Positions 8,838 through 17,491 of a DNA stretch of 64,000 nucleotides are shown piece after piece. The notes below the pieces were generated by a model. It was not told the origin of the DNA and searched no databases. It was given only the letters and a program-made list of their open reading frames with translations. The stretch is from a bacterium (GTDB taxonomy: Bacteria; Patescibacteriota; Microgenomatia; Curtissbacterales; GWA2-41-24): positions 9,744-73,743 of the forward strand of contig JAKAJD010000001.1 of NCBI GenBank assembly GCA_021813945.1, read 5' to 3'. The first letter of the stretch is position 1; every line of letters begins with the position of its first letter. The position numbers were made by a program, and so were the translations under genes.

Positions 8838-9752
8838 ATGAGCAAGATTTTAGTTACCGGCGGAGCAGGATTCATAGGTTCTCACGTCACCAAAATTCTG
8901 CTTGACTCAGGCCACAAAGTAGTAGTTCTGGATAATCTTTCTCAGGGTAAAAAGGAAAACGTCGACAGCAGAGCAGAACTCGTTGTTGCCGACATTAGAA
9001 ATACTCCCGAGGCCGCTTTTAAAGATGTCGATTCGGTAATTCACATGGCAGGTCTTATTGTTGTCCCCGAATCTGTAAAAGACCCAATTAAATACGCCGA
9101 CAACAACGTGATAGGTACGATAGACCTTTTGGAATCTATGCGAAAAGCAAATGTTAAAAGCATAATTTTTTCATCAAGTGCCTGCGTATACGGCTCACCG
9201 GAAAACCTTCCCATAAAAGAAGATGCTCCAGTGCATCCTGATAATCCATATGGCGCTTCAAAAGCGGCAATTGAATCTTTCCTTCAGGCTTACAACGCAA
9301 ACTTTGGTTTTAACGTTACAATTCTTCGCTATTTCAACCCTTACGGTCCGGGTGAAATGCACCAACCGGAAACCCATGCAATCCCAAATTTTATTAAAGC
9401 GGCGCTTGCCAAAAAACCCATTCCTCTTTATTGGAACGGTGAACAAATCCGCGACTTTATTTATATTGAAGATTTAGCACGGGCCCATGTCGATGTTTTA
9501 GGCCAAACAGGTTACAACATTTTTAATATCGGAACAGAAAAAGGTGTAGTAGTTAAAGATGTGGTTTACGAGATTTTCAACATTCTCGGCTTCAAAGTAC
9601 CAATAAATAATCTAGGCAAAAGACTCGGAGATGTCCAGGCAAATTACGCCTCTAGCGAAAAATTAAAAAAAGTCGTCGGCTGGCAAGCAAAAGTGTCTCT
9701 TTCGGAAGGCCTCAAAAAAACCATCGATTTCTATCGTTCTATACTAAAATAG
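8838..9752 (+). CDS. galE: UDP-glucose 4-epimerase-like NAD-dependent epimerase
   Basis: GGAGFIG, VPESVKDP, SSSACVYG, PYGASK, LRYFN. Confidence 0.8.
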   Translation: MSKILVTGGAGFIGSHVTKILLDSGHKVVVLDNLSQGKKENVDSRAELVVADIRNTPEAAFKDVDSVIHMAGLIVVPESVKDPIKYADNNVIGTIDLLESMRKANVKSIIFSSSACVYGSPENLPIKEDAPVHPDNPYGASKAAIESFLQAYNANFGFNVTILRYFNPYGPGEMHQPETHAIPNFIKAALAKKPIPLYWNGEQIRDFIYIEDLARAHVDVLGQTGYNIFNIGTEKGVVVKDVVYEIFNILGFKVPINNLGKRLGDVQANYASSEKLKKVVGWQAKVSLSEGLKKTIDFYRSILK

Positions 9753-9758
9753 GCTTGT

Positions 9759-9959
9759 TTAAGGTCTAAGAAGGCGTGCAATTCTTCTAGTTTCTCTCAC
9801 TTGTGCTGCTCGTTCTTGCGGATCGCCCTCAATTACAAAAGACATATCGGGCATTTTTGGTTCACCATCATGCCTTAATACTGGATGAGAACCAAAATGG
9901 TCTCGAGTTCGAGTATTCCTATACAAACCCTGAATCCGCTCAGTCTCATTTCCCGCCAT
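9759..9959 (-). CDS. Small hypothetical protein (66 aa)
   Basis: Fills the intergenic gap; extended -10 TGaTATAAT 6 nt before its ATG on the minus strand. Confidence 0.6.
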   Translation of the reverse strand: MAGNETERIQGLYRNTRTRDHFGSHPVLRHDGEPKMPDMSFVIEGDPQERAAQVRETRRIARLLRP

Positions 9960-9965
9960 TAATTG

Positions 9966-9974
9966 ATTATATCA
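9966..9974 (-). promoter_or_regulatory. Extended -10, leaderless-type promoter of the 66-aa ORF
   Basis: Reverse complement reads TGATATAAT-caatta-ATG. Confidence 0.6.
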
Positions 9975-9981
9975 TTTAACT

Positions 9982-10009
9982 TTGGCTTTTAACGCTATTC
10001 AATTATAAT
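9982..10009 (+). promoter_or_regulatory. Leaderless-type promoter of greA
   Basis: TTGGCT-16 nt-TATAAT, 6 nt before GTG 10016. Confidence 0.55.
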
Positions 10010-10015
10010 TAGGAA

Positions 10016-10477
10016 GTGAAAAAGCCGATTGATGTAAAACTTACCAAAGAAGGTTTTGAAAAGCTTCAAAAAGAACTTGAAGAACTAAAGGCAAAAAGGC
10101 CCGGTGTTGTCACCCGCCTTACCGCTGCCCGGGAACAGGGAGACCTTTCCGAAAATGCCGGCTACCATGCCGCCAAAGAAGAATTGGGCTATGTTGATTC
10201 GCGCATCAATGAAATCAAGCTGTTGCTTCGCTTCGGGGATGTAGTTGAATCGAAAGGTGCAGAAATTGTCCAGATCGGAAACACTGTTGTGGTTGAAAAC
10301 GGTGAAGGCAAAAACGAATTTTCCCTGGTAGGCCATTTGGAAGCCGATCCCACAAAAGGCAAACTTTCCGAGATGTCGCCGATAGGTGCCGCACTTATAG
10401 GGAAAAAAGTCGGTGAAACGGTCCAAATCGACGTTCCGGATGGTAAAATTACCTTCAAAATAGTTGAAATTAGGTGA
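10016..10477 (+). CDS. greA: Transcription elongation factor GreA
   Basis: LTKEG..KL..EL, AREQGDLSENAGYHAAKE, SPIGAALIG. Confidence 0.96.
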   Translation: MKKPIDVKLTKEGFEKLQKELEELKAKRPGVVTRLTAAREQGDLSENAGYHAAKEELGYVDSRINEIKLLLRFGDVVESKGAEIVQIGNTVVVENGEGKNEFSLVGHLEADPTKGKLSEMSPIGAALIGKKVGETVQIDVPDGKITFKIVEIR

Positions 10478-10479
10478 TC

Positions 10480-10509
10480 TTGACAGCCTAAAATCGAATC
10501 AAATATAAT
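10480..10509 (+). promoter_or_regulatory. Consensus sigma70 promoter
   Basis: TTGACA-18 nt-TATAAT. Confidence 0.7.
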
Positions 10510-10517
10510 TTATCTAT

Positions 10518-10541
10518 AACTGCGTTAAGAGCGCAGTTTTT
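10518..10541 (+). terminator. Intrinsic terminator-like hairpin (greA terminator or leader hairpin of next gene)
   Basis: AACTGCG-ttaagag-CGCAGTT perfect 7-bp stem running into TTTTT. Confidence 0.55.
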
Positions 10542-10549
10542 CGTAGCAA

Positions 10550-10984
10550 ATGGCACCAGTTGAATCGTTTATCCAAACAAAAGAATCCGACAAAAAACCA
10601 CTTGATTTAATAAAGCCTGGGCAAGAAGTAACCGACAACACCTTTCCACAAGCTCGAATAATTGTAACTTGCGACGGCCTAGATTTTAACGGTACAGTCG
10701 AGGTCCAAACACCAAAACCTGAAACGATCAGAATGCAACTATTCGAAAGTATTTCTGACAAAAGCCCCAAGCCTCTAGAAGCAGGGGGAAAACATTCCTT
10801 CTCTGGACAACAAAGAGTTGAAATCCGTTCAGAGCTTCACGACGAAATAATTTCTCTTGAGCATAGAGTTGCAGCTGGGGTAGCTTTAAACACCATCAAC
10901 GATTTACTCAGCAAAAGGGCACGTTTCCAAGCTCAACCGGTTGCAAACCCTAAGCCAGCTTTAGCAGTGACAGCATCCAGATAG
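10550..10984 (+). CDS. Hypothetical protein (144 aa)
   Basis: ORF with own consensus promoter; no recognisable motif. Confidence 0.65.
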   Translation: MAPVESFIQTKESDKKPLDLIKPGQEVTDNTFPQARIIVTCDGLDFNGTVEVQTPKPETIRMQLFESISDKSPKPLEAGGKHSFSGQQRVEIRSELHDEIISLEHRVAAGVALNTINDLLSKRARFQAQPVANPKPALAVTASR

Positions 10985-11001
10985 CCTTGTCTGGTTGTCA
11001 C
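10967..11001 (+). other. 14-bp bulged hairpin across the stop codon of the 144-aa ORF
   Basis: GTGACAG-cat-CCAGATA-gcct-TGTCTGG-TTGTCAC (two G-U pairs); no U-tract. Confidence 0.5.
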
Positions 11002-11016
11002 GACCTACGATATAAT
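10987..11016 (+). promoter_or_regulatory. Promoter of rml operon
   Basis: TTGTCT-18 nt-TATAAT, 12 nt before ATG 11029. Confidence 0.55.
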
Positions 11017-11028
11017 TACCTAGTCTAA

Positions 11029-11781
11029 ATGAAAGGCGTTATTTTAGCAGGCGGTTTAGGCACAAGGCTTTACCCCTTAACTCACGCAACAAATAAGCAC
11101 TTACTTCCTGTTTTTGACCAGCCCATGATCTATTACCCAATCCAAACGCTTGTGGAAGCTGGAATAGAGGATATTTTGATAGTAGTCGGTGGACCTCACG
11201 CGGGCGATTTCATCCGAGTTTTACAAAACGGTAAAGAATTCGGCATTCGCCACCTCGAGTATGCATATCAAAACTCCGGTGATGGAGGGATTGCGGATGC
11301 CCTAAAGCTAGCGGAAGATTTTGCAGATGATGATTCAATTACTGTAATTTTAGGGGACAACTGTACAGATGCAGACCTTTCCAAAGAAGTAAAATCTTTC
11401 AAAGACGGAGCAGTTATATTCTTAAAAGACGTTGATGATCCCGAAAGGTTTGGTATTGCCCAATTAGACCCGAAAGATCCTAAAAAAGTGATCGGAATTG
11501 AAGAAAAACCGAAAAACCCAAAAAGTAACAAAGCTGTCACAGGAGTTTACATTTACGATAGTAATGTTTTTTCTCACATTAAAAAAATAAAACCGTCAGC
11601 AAGAGGCCAAATGGAAATTACCGATGTTAACAACATTTATATTAAAGAAGGTAAGCTCAGATGGGCCGAGCTTTCCGGATTTTGGTCGGACGCCGGCACT
11701 TTCGATAGTCTCTATAGAACGAACGTTTTTTGGGCTCGAAAACTCTTAGGCAAAAAGGAAAAAGACCTCACAACTTTTTAA
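11029..11781 (+). CDS. rfbA: Glucose-1-phosphate thymidylyltransferase (short RmlA/SpsI type)
   Basis: ILAGGLGTRLYPLT..NKHLLP, LGDN, EEKP, SARGQMEITD, WSDAGT. Confidence 0.92.
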   Translation: MKGVILAGGLGTRLYPLTHATNKHLLPVFDQPMIYYPIQTLVEAGIEDILIVVGGPHAGDFIRVLQNGKEFGIRHLEYAYQNSGDGGIADALKLAEDFADDDSITVILGDNCTDADLSKEVKSFKDGAVIFLKDVDDPERFGIAQLDPKDPKKVIGIEEKPKNPKSNKAVTGVYIYDSNVFSHIKKIKPSARGQMEITDVNNIYIKEGKLRWAELSGFWSDAGTFDSLYRTNVFWARKLLGKKEKDLTTF

Positions 11782-11785
11782 TCGC

Positions 11786-12808
11786 ATGAGCAAATTATTA
11801 GTAACAGGCGGCGCTGGATTTATAGGATCCAACTTTGTTCACTATTGGCTTAAAATCCATCCTGAAGATACAGTAGTTAACTTTGACAAACTTACTTATG
11901 CGGGCAACCTGGAAAATCTAAGCGACTTAAAAGAGAATCCTCATCACAAGTTCATAAAAGGTGATATTGCGAATTCCGACGATGTCAAAGGCGCGATGGA
12001 AGGAGTGGATATAGTCGTTAATTTTGCAGCCGAATCTCATGTCGACAGGTCTATTCAAGACCCGGCGCCATTTGTTTTAACAAATGTTGTTGGAACCCAA
12101 GTACTTTTAGATAATGCAAAAAACGCAAAGGTAAAGCGGTTTCACCATGTTTCAACAGACGAAGTTTTTGGTGCGCTAAAACTCGACTCAAAAGAAAAAT
12201 TTAACGAGGAGACAAAATACAACCCAAATAGTCCCTATGCTGCATCAAAAGCTGCATCAGATCATCTTGTACGGGCCTATTATGAAACTTACGGCTTGCC
12301 AATAACCATCACTAACTGTTCAAATAATTTTGGCCCATTTCAATACCCCGAAAAACTAATATCGCTTTCAATCACAAATTTACTCGAAGGCGATAAAGTG
12401 CCGGTTTATGGGGACGGTTTATATGTCCGGGACTGGCTTTACGTAGAAGATCACTGCAGCGCGATAGATTTAGTTCTGCAAAAAGGCAAAATTGGCCAAA
12501 CCTATTGCATAGGGGTCGACAACGATATTCCAAATATCAAAGTGATAAGGCTAATACTTGAGGCGCTGGGGTTTGGAGAAGATAAAATCGAGCATGTTAC
12601 CGATAGACCAGGGCACGATAGGCGCTATGCAATAGATGCAGCAAAAATTAAAAAAGAATTGGGCTGGAAACCAAGCTTCCAATTCGAAGAAGCAATCAAT
12701 TTAACTGTGAAGTGGTACAAAGAAAACGAAAAATGGTGGAAAAGCCTTAGGGGTAAAGATTACCTGGAATATTATCGTAAGCAGTATACTCAAAGGAGAG
12801 ACCAATGA
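11786..12808 (+). CDS. rfbB: dTDP-glucose 4,6-dehydratase
   Basis: DKLTYAGN, AAESHVDRS, STDEVFG, PYAASKA, DRPGHDRRY. Confidence 0.96.
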   Translation: MSKLLVTGGAGFIGSNFVHYWLKIHPEDTVVNFDKLTYAGNLENLSDLKENPHHKFIKGDIANSDDVKGAMEGVDIVVNFAAESHVDRSIQDPAPFVLTNVVGTQVLLDNAKNAKVKRFHHVSTDEVFGALKLDSKEKFNEETKYNPNSPYAASKAASDHLVRAYYETYGLPITITNCSNNFGPFQYPEKLISLSITNLLEGDKVPVYGDGLYVRDWLYVEDHCSAIDLVLQKGKIGQTYCIGVDNDIPNIKVIRLILEALGFGEDKIEHVTDRPGHDRRYAIDAAKIKKELGWKPSFQFEEAINLTVKWYKENEKWWKSLRGKDYLEYYRKQYTQRRDQ

Positions 12809-13329
12809 ATAATAGTTATTTCGACCTTGCCCACCAGCAAGAACTGATTGAAGGAGTTATTGTCAGAAAACTAATAGTTCACAAAGACGAAACCGGCGGG
12901 CTTTTTGAGACGTTAAGAGTTGATTGGCCCGATGTTTACAATGAGACCAATTTAAAATTTCAAATGCAGTATATGTCAATTACACCATCCGCTATTGCCC
13001 GCGACGAAAAACAATGGCACGTCCACAAAAACCAAAGTGACCGTTTTATTTGCGCCTCAGGAAGGATTGTCACCGCAGTTTTTGACCCCAGAACGGCGTC
13101 AAAAACGAACGGAAAGTTAAATTTATTTGTGATGAGCCCCTCCTCTGAAGATGAAATGTATATGCTAGTAATCCCTCCCGAGACATATCATGGCTTCATG
13201 GTAATTTCAAAAGAACAGGGATATCTTTTAAACTTTCCAACACAACTTTATAATCCTCAAGACGAAGGACGAGTAGACCACGCGCAAGATTTTACCTGGC
13301 AAAGCGTAAGGGAGGATTTTGGGCTCTGA
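12805..13329 (+). CDS. rfbC: dTDP-4-dehydrorhamnose 3,5-epimerase family cupin
   Basis: WHVH..Q.D.F, G.I...VFD.R..S.T, IPP..YHGF; position in rml operon. Confidence 0.8.
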   Translation: MNNSYFDLAHQQELIEGVIVRKLIVHKDETGGLFETLRVDWPDVYNETNLKFQMQYMSITPSAIARDEKQWHVHKNQSDRFICASGRIVTAVFDPRTASKTNGKLNLFVMSPSSEDEMYMLVIPPETYHGFMVISKEQGYLLNFPTQLYNPQDEGRVDHAQDFTWQSVREDFGL

Positions 13330-14227
13330 CATTCCCGAAAAAATCGCGGTAATTGGTGCATCCTCTATGGTTGGCTCCCGTTTCTGCGAGCTTTTCAAAA
13401 ATCAAAAAAATCTGATAAAAGCGGATCTTAAAGGCGAAAACAATATCGACATCACTAGTTCTGAATCAGTCAATGACTTTTTCAAAAGAAATGATTTTGA
13501 TGTCGCCATCCTTTTTTCAGCCTATACGGATGTGGATCGAGCCGAAACAGAGCGCGACAACAAGAACGGCATTTGCTGGAAAATAAACGTTGAAGGTTTA
13601 ACAAATATTGTCGAGACTTGCAAGAAAACCAAAAGAAAACTTGTTTTCATCTCAACAGACTTTGTTTTTGATGGTGAAAAAGGACCCTATAATGAAGATG
13701 CCAAAAGAGGGGGAGATCCCGCTAAAATCTCATGGTATGGTATTACAAAAATTAGAGGTGAAGAAACAGTTGAAACATTAGAAAAAGATTATATAATCGT
13801 AAGAATTTCTTATCCATATAGATCAAGTTTCCCCAAAAAAGAAGATTTTGCGAGACAAATCTTAAAAAGGTTTGACGAGGGCACACTTTATCCTATGTTT
13901 ACCGACCAGGTCTTCACACCAAGTTTTATTGACGATATACCGGAAGCCTTTGAATTCCTAATTCAAAATAGATCATCCGGTATCTTCCACATTGTCAGCC
14001 CTAATTCCACAACACCATACGATTTTGCTTACGAGCTTCTTAGAACATTTGGCAAGGATTCATCAATTCTTAAAAAGGGCTCCTTAGCCGATTTTTTAAA
14101 AATCGGTGATAAAGCTCCCAGACCGCTAAATTCTGCAATGCTCACTACAAAAATACAATATTTAGGCTATAAACCAACAGATTGGAGAGAAGGAATAGAA
14201 AAGATTTTTGCCCAAAGCAAAAATTGA
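13319..14227 (+). CDS. rfbD: dTDP-4-dehydrorhamnose reductase family
   Basis: AYTDVD.AE, ISTDFVFDG, WYGITK, DQ..TP, APRP. Confidence 0.88.
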   Translation: MGSDIPEKIAVIGASSMVGSRFCELFKNQKNLIKADLKGENNIDITSSESVNDFFKRNDFDVAILFSAYTDVDRAETERDNKNGICWKINVEGLTNIVETCKKTKRKLVFISTDFVFDGEKGPYNEDAKRGGDPAKISWYGITKIRGEETVETLEKDYIIVRISYPYRSSFPKKEDFARQILKRFDEGTLYPMFTDQVFTPSFIDDIPEAFEFLIQNRSSGIFHIVSPNSTTPYDFAYELLRTFGKDSSILKKGSLADFLKIGDKAPRPLNSAMLTTKIQYLGYKPTDWREGIEKIFAQSKN

Positions 14228-14252
14228 TTGAACTTCTCTAATTAGCTAAAAT
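14224..14252 (+). promoter_or_regulatory. Leaderless-type promoter of ugd
   Basis: TTGATT-17 nt-TAAAAT, 6 nt before ATG 14259. Confidence 0.6.
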
Positions 14253-14258
14253 TAACAA

Positions 14259-15563
14259 ATGACAATCACCGTAATCGGCGCAGGTTATGTTGGACTGGTA
14301 ACTGCTTCTCTTTTTGCCGAACTTGGAAATAAGGTTTATTGCATTGATATTGATAAGGCAAGAATAGCAAATCTCAAAAAAGGGATTGTTCCGTTTTATG
14401 AACCATCACTTGCTGAATATATATCAAGAAGCATTAAAGAAAAGCGCCTCTTTTTTACAGACTCGTACAGCCAATCGGTCCCCAAATCTCAAATAGTCTT
14501 TATATGTGTTGGAACCCCTCCAAAAAATAATGGGGAAGCAGATCTAACATATCTCTTTTCAGCAGTCGAAGAAGCTGCAAAAAATTTAAAAGGTTACACC
14601 TTGATTACTATAAAAAGCACTATTCCAATAGGCTTTGAACACGATCTCGAAGCAATAGTTAAAAAATATGCAAAATCTAAATATGAATTCGCATCATCAC
14701 CGGAATTCTTACGAGAAGGCACAGCTATTTCTGATTCACTTCATCCCGACAGAATTGTAATAGGGACAAACAGCAAGAAAGCAGAAAAAATGTTGCTTGA
14801 ACTCCATGCTCCGCTCCCTGGTGAAAGGATTATCTGCGATACCAGGAGTGCTCAGCTAATAAAATATGCATCTAATTCTTTTTTAGCCACCAAAATATCC
14901 TTTGCTAACGCGCTTGCTGCAATTTGTGAGAAAACAGGCGCTGATGTTGCAAAAGTTGTTCAAGGGGTTGGTGCTGATAAAAGAATAGGACATTCCTATC
15001 TTTACCCCGGCGTTGGATACGGTGGCTCTTGTTTACCAAAAGACGTTCTGGCATTTATTGCCCAAACAAGAAACTTCGATTACGACTTCGAACTTTTAAG
15101 AGCCGTTGATGCCATAAATAACGCTCAAGTTTCAAGTTTGGTCAACAAAATTAGAAAATCTTTGGGTATAACTGATAAGACAGGTAAAAATCTAGAAGGA
15201 GTCGAAGTAGCAATTCTCGGATTAGCTTTCAAACCCAATACGGATGATATGAGAGATGCACCCTCAGTTAAAATCATAAACGTTCTTGTTGATCTTGGTG
15301 CAAACATCACCGCATACGATCCTAAAAGTAATGAAGTGGCCAAAAAAATATTGCCAAATATCAAATATGCCAACGATCTTTATAAAGCGATTAACGAAAA
15401 AGATTTAATGGTAATCGTTACAGAATGGCCTCAATTTGCTGAAATAGATTTGGAAAAAGCAAAAAAGCTTTTAAAAAAACCTATTATTGTTGATGGTAGA
15501 AATATTTTAGATCCCAAAAAAGCGAGAGATCTTGGATTTTCATACACTGGAATAGGCAGATGA
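14259..15563 (+). CDS. ugd: UDP-glucose/GDP-mannose 6-dehydrogenase family (Ugd)
   Basis: GAGYVGL, CVGTP, PEFLREG, KYASNSFLATKISF, GYGGSCLPKD, AFKPNTDDMR. Confidence 0.93.
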   Translation: MTITVIGAGYVGLVTASLFAELGNKVYCIDIDKARIANLKKGIVPFYEPSLAEYISRSIKEKRLFFTDSYSQSVPKSQIVFICVGTPPKNNGEADLTYLFSAVEEAAKNLKGYTLITIKSTIPIGFEHDLEAIVKKYAKSKYEFASSPEFLREGTAISDSLHPDRIVIGTNSKKAEKMLLELHAPLPGERIICDTRSAQLIKYASNSFLATKISFANALAAICEKTGADVAKVVQGVGADKRIGHSYLYPGVGYGGSCLPKDVLAFIAQTRNFDYDFELLRAVDAINNAQVSSLVNKIRKSLGITDKTGKNLEGVEVAILGLAFKPNTDDMRDAPSVKIINVLVDLGANITAYDPKSNEVAKKILPNIKYANDLYKAINEKDLMVIVTEWPQFAEIDLEKAKKLLKKPIIVDGRNILDPKKARDLGFSYTGIGR

Positions 15564-16513
15564 AAAAAGCGCTTATAACGGGGGCTGCAGGTTTCGTTGG
15601 CAATCATTTATCAGAACACCTAATTTTAAATGGTATTGAAGTGTTTGGATTAATTCATCCAAGTCATCCAGCGCAGCACTCGAAAAATTTGAGTAAAAAA
15701 ATCAAAATTATAAAGTGTGACCTTTTAAAAAAAAATGACTTAGAAAGGGTTTTGAAGGGAAATAGATTCGAATACATATTTCATCTGGCGGCTTTTTCAT
15801 CTCCACCCCAAAGCTTTATAGATCCTACGAACACACTAAAAAACAACATAATCGGACAACTGAATTTATTAGAAATTTTAGCTTCATCTAATTCAGACAC
15901 TAAAATCTTGATCGTGGGATCTTCCGATGAATATGGTGATGTAGAAGAAAAATATTTGCCTGTTGCGGAAGACACACCTTTTTCACCCCAATCACCGTAT
16001 GCTGTTTCAAAAATCGCTCAAGAAATGATAGGCCTCCAATTTTTTTTGCATAATAAGTTGAAAACGGTGCGGGTAAGGCCATTTAACCATATCGGCCCTG
16101 GGCAATCACTTCTATTTGCTATTCCTGCATTCGCTTCACAAATCGCAAAGCTCGAAAAAGCTGGCGGTGGAGAGATGTATGTAGGAAACTTAAATTCCTG
16201 GAGAGATTTTACTGACGTTCGCGACATTGCAAAGGCTTATTTATTAGCACTTGAGAAAGGCACGCCTGGTGATGTATATAATATTGGTTCTGGAAAAGTT
16301 TATAAAATTGCTGATATATTAGAGGAATTAATTTCGCTTGCAAAGGTTAAAATTAAAGTAAAATTGGATCCAAAACTTATAAGAAACATGGACGCTAAAA
16401 AGATATATTGCGATTTTTCTAAATTCAGCACCAAAACTGGATGGCAGCCACAGGTACCTATAGAAAAAACTCTTTTTGATACAATTGAGTACGAAAGAAA
16501 AAAGTTAAACTAA
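15560..16513 (+). CDS. rmd: GDP-4-keto-6-deoxy-D-mannose reductase-like SDR
   Basis: GAAGFVG, GSSDEYG, SPYAVSK, RPFNHIGPGQ, RDFTDVRD; adjacent to gmd. Confidence 0.75.
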   Translation: MKKALITGAAGFVGNHLSEHLILNGIEVFGLIHPSHPAQHSKNLSKKIKIIKCDLLKKNDLERVLKGNRFEYIFHLAAFSSPPQSFIDPTNTLKNNIIGQLNLLEILASSNSDTKILIVGSSDEYGDVEEKYLPVAEDTPFSPQSPYAVSKIAQEMIGLQFFLHNKLKTVRVRPFNHIGPGQSLLFAIPAFASQIAKLEKAGGGEMYVGNLNSWRDFTDVRDIAKAYLLALEKGTPGDVYNIGSGKVYKIADILEELISLAKVKIKVKLDPKLIRNMDAKKIYCDFSKFSTKTGWQPQVPIEKTLFDTIEYERKKLN

Positions 16514-17491
16514 ATGGCACAAAAAAGAGCGTTAATAACTGGAATAACTGGTCAAGACGGTTCCTACTTAGCCGAGTTTCTTTTGTCAAAAGGTTATAGC
16601 GTTTTTGGCCTCACCAGAAGAACATCCACACCAAATTATGAACGGATAAAGCATATCGAGGATCAAATTCAACTAATTCCTGGTGACTTGCTCGACCAGC
16701 AATCTCTTACCACCGCAGTGGAAATTTCCAAACCGGATGAAATCTACAACCTCGCGGCCCAAAGCTTCGTTGCAACTTCTTGGTCACAACCTGTTTTAAC
16801 AGGGGAATTCACGGCTCTCGGTGTGACCAGAATGTTAGAGGCGATGCGACAGCTCGCCCCAAAAGCCAAATTTTACCAAGCTTCTTCTTCTGAAATGTTC
16901 GGCCAAGCAGAAGAATCACCTCAAACTGAAAACACTCGGTTTCACCCTAGAAGCCCATATGGAGTGGCCAAAGTTTACGGTCATTGGATCACTATAAATT
17001 ATCGCGAATCATACGATCTTTTTGCAGTTTCCGGAATTCTATTTAATCATGAATCTCCAAGAAGAGGTTTGGAATTTGTAACTCGTAAAATTTCCCATGG
17101 AGTTGCCAGAATTCACCTTGGTCAGGTAGAAGAATTAGTACTCGGTAACCTTAACGCCAGACGTGATTGGGGATTTGCTGGTGACTACGTACAGGCTATG
17201 TGGAAGATGCTCCAACAAGAAAAGCCAGACGATTATGTTATAGCAACAGGAGAAAATCATTCTGTTGAAGATTTCGTTGTCGAAGCTTTTAGGGTCGTTG
17301 GAATTTCGAATTGGAAAAAATATGTCAAATCATCGAAAGAATATATGCGTCCGGCAGAAGTAGATTTCTTAATTGGTAATTGTACAAAGGCCAAGAAAAT
17401 TCTAGAGTGGGAACCGACTGTATCATTCCAACAACTCGTTAAAATGATGGTAGAAAACGACATTGCGCTTCTTAAGAAAAACTCCAAATGA
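16514..17491 (+). CDS. gmd: GDP-mannose 4,6-dehydratase
   Basis: GITGQDGSYLAE, YNLAAQSFV, QASSSEMFG, SPYGVAK, LFNHESPRRG.EFVTRK. Confidence 0.97.
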   Translation: MAQKRALITGITGQDGSYLAEFLLSKGYSVFGLTRRTSTPNYERIKHIEDQIQLIPGDLLDQQSLTTAVEISKPDEIYNLAAQSFVATSWSQPVLTGEFTALGVTRMLEAMRQLAPKAKFYQASSSEMFGQAEESPQTENTRFHPRSPYGVAKVYGHWITINYRESYDLFAVSGILFNHESPRRGLEFVTRKISHGVARIHLGQVEELVLGNLNARRDWGFAGDYVQAMWKMLQQEKPDDYVIATGENHSVEDFVVEAFRVVGISNWKKYVKSSKEYMRPAEVDFLIGNCTKAKKILEWEPTVSFQQLVKMMVENDIALLKKNSK

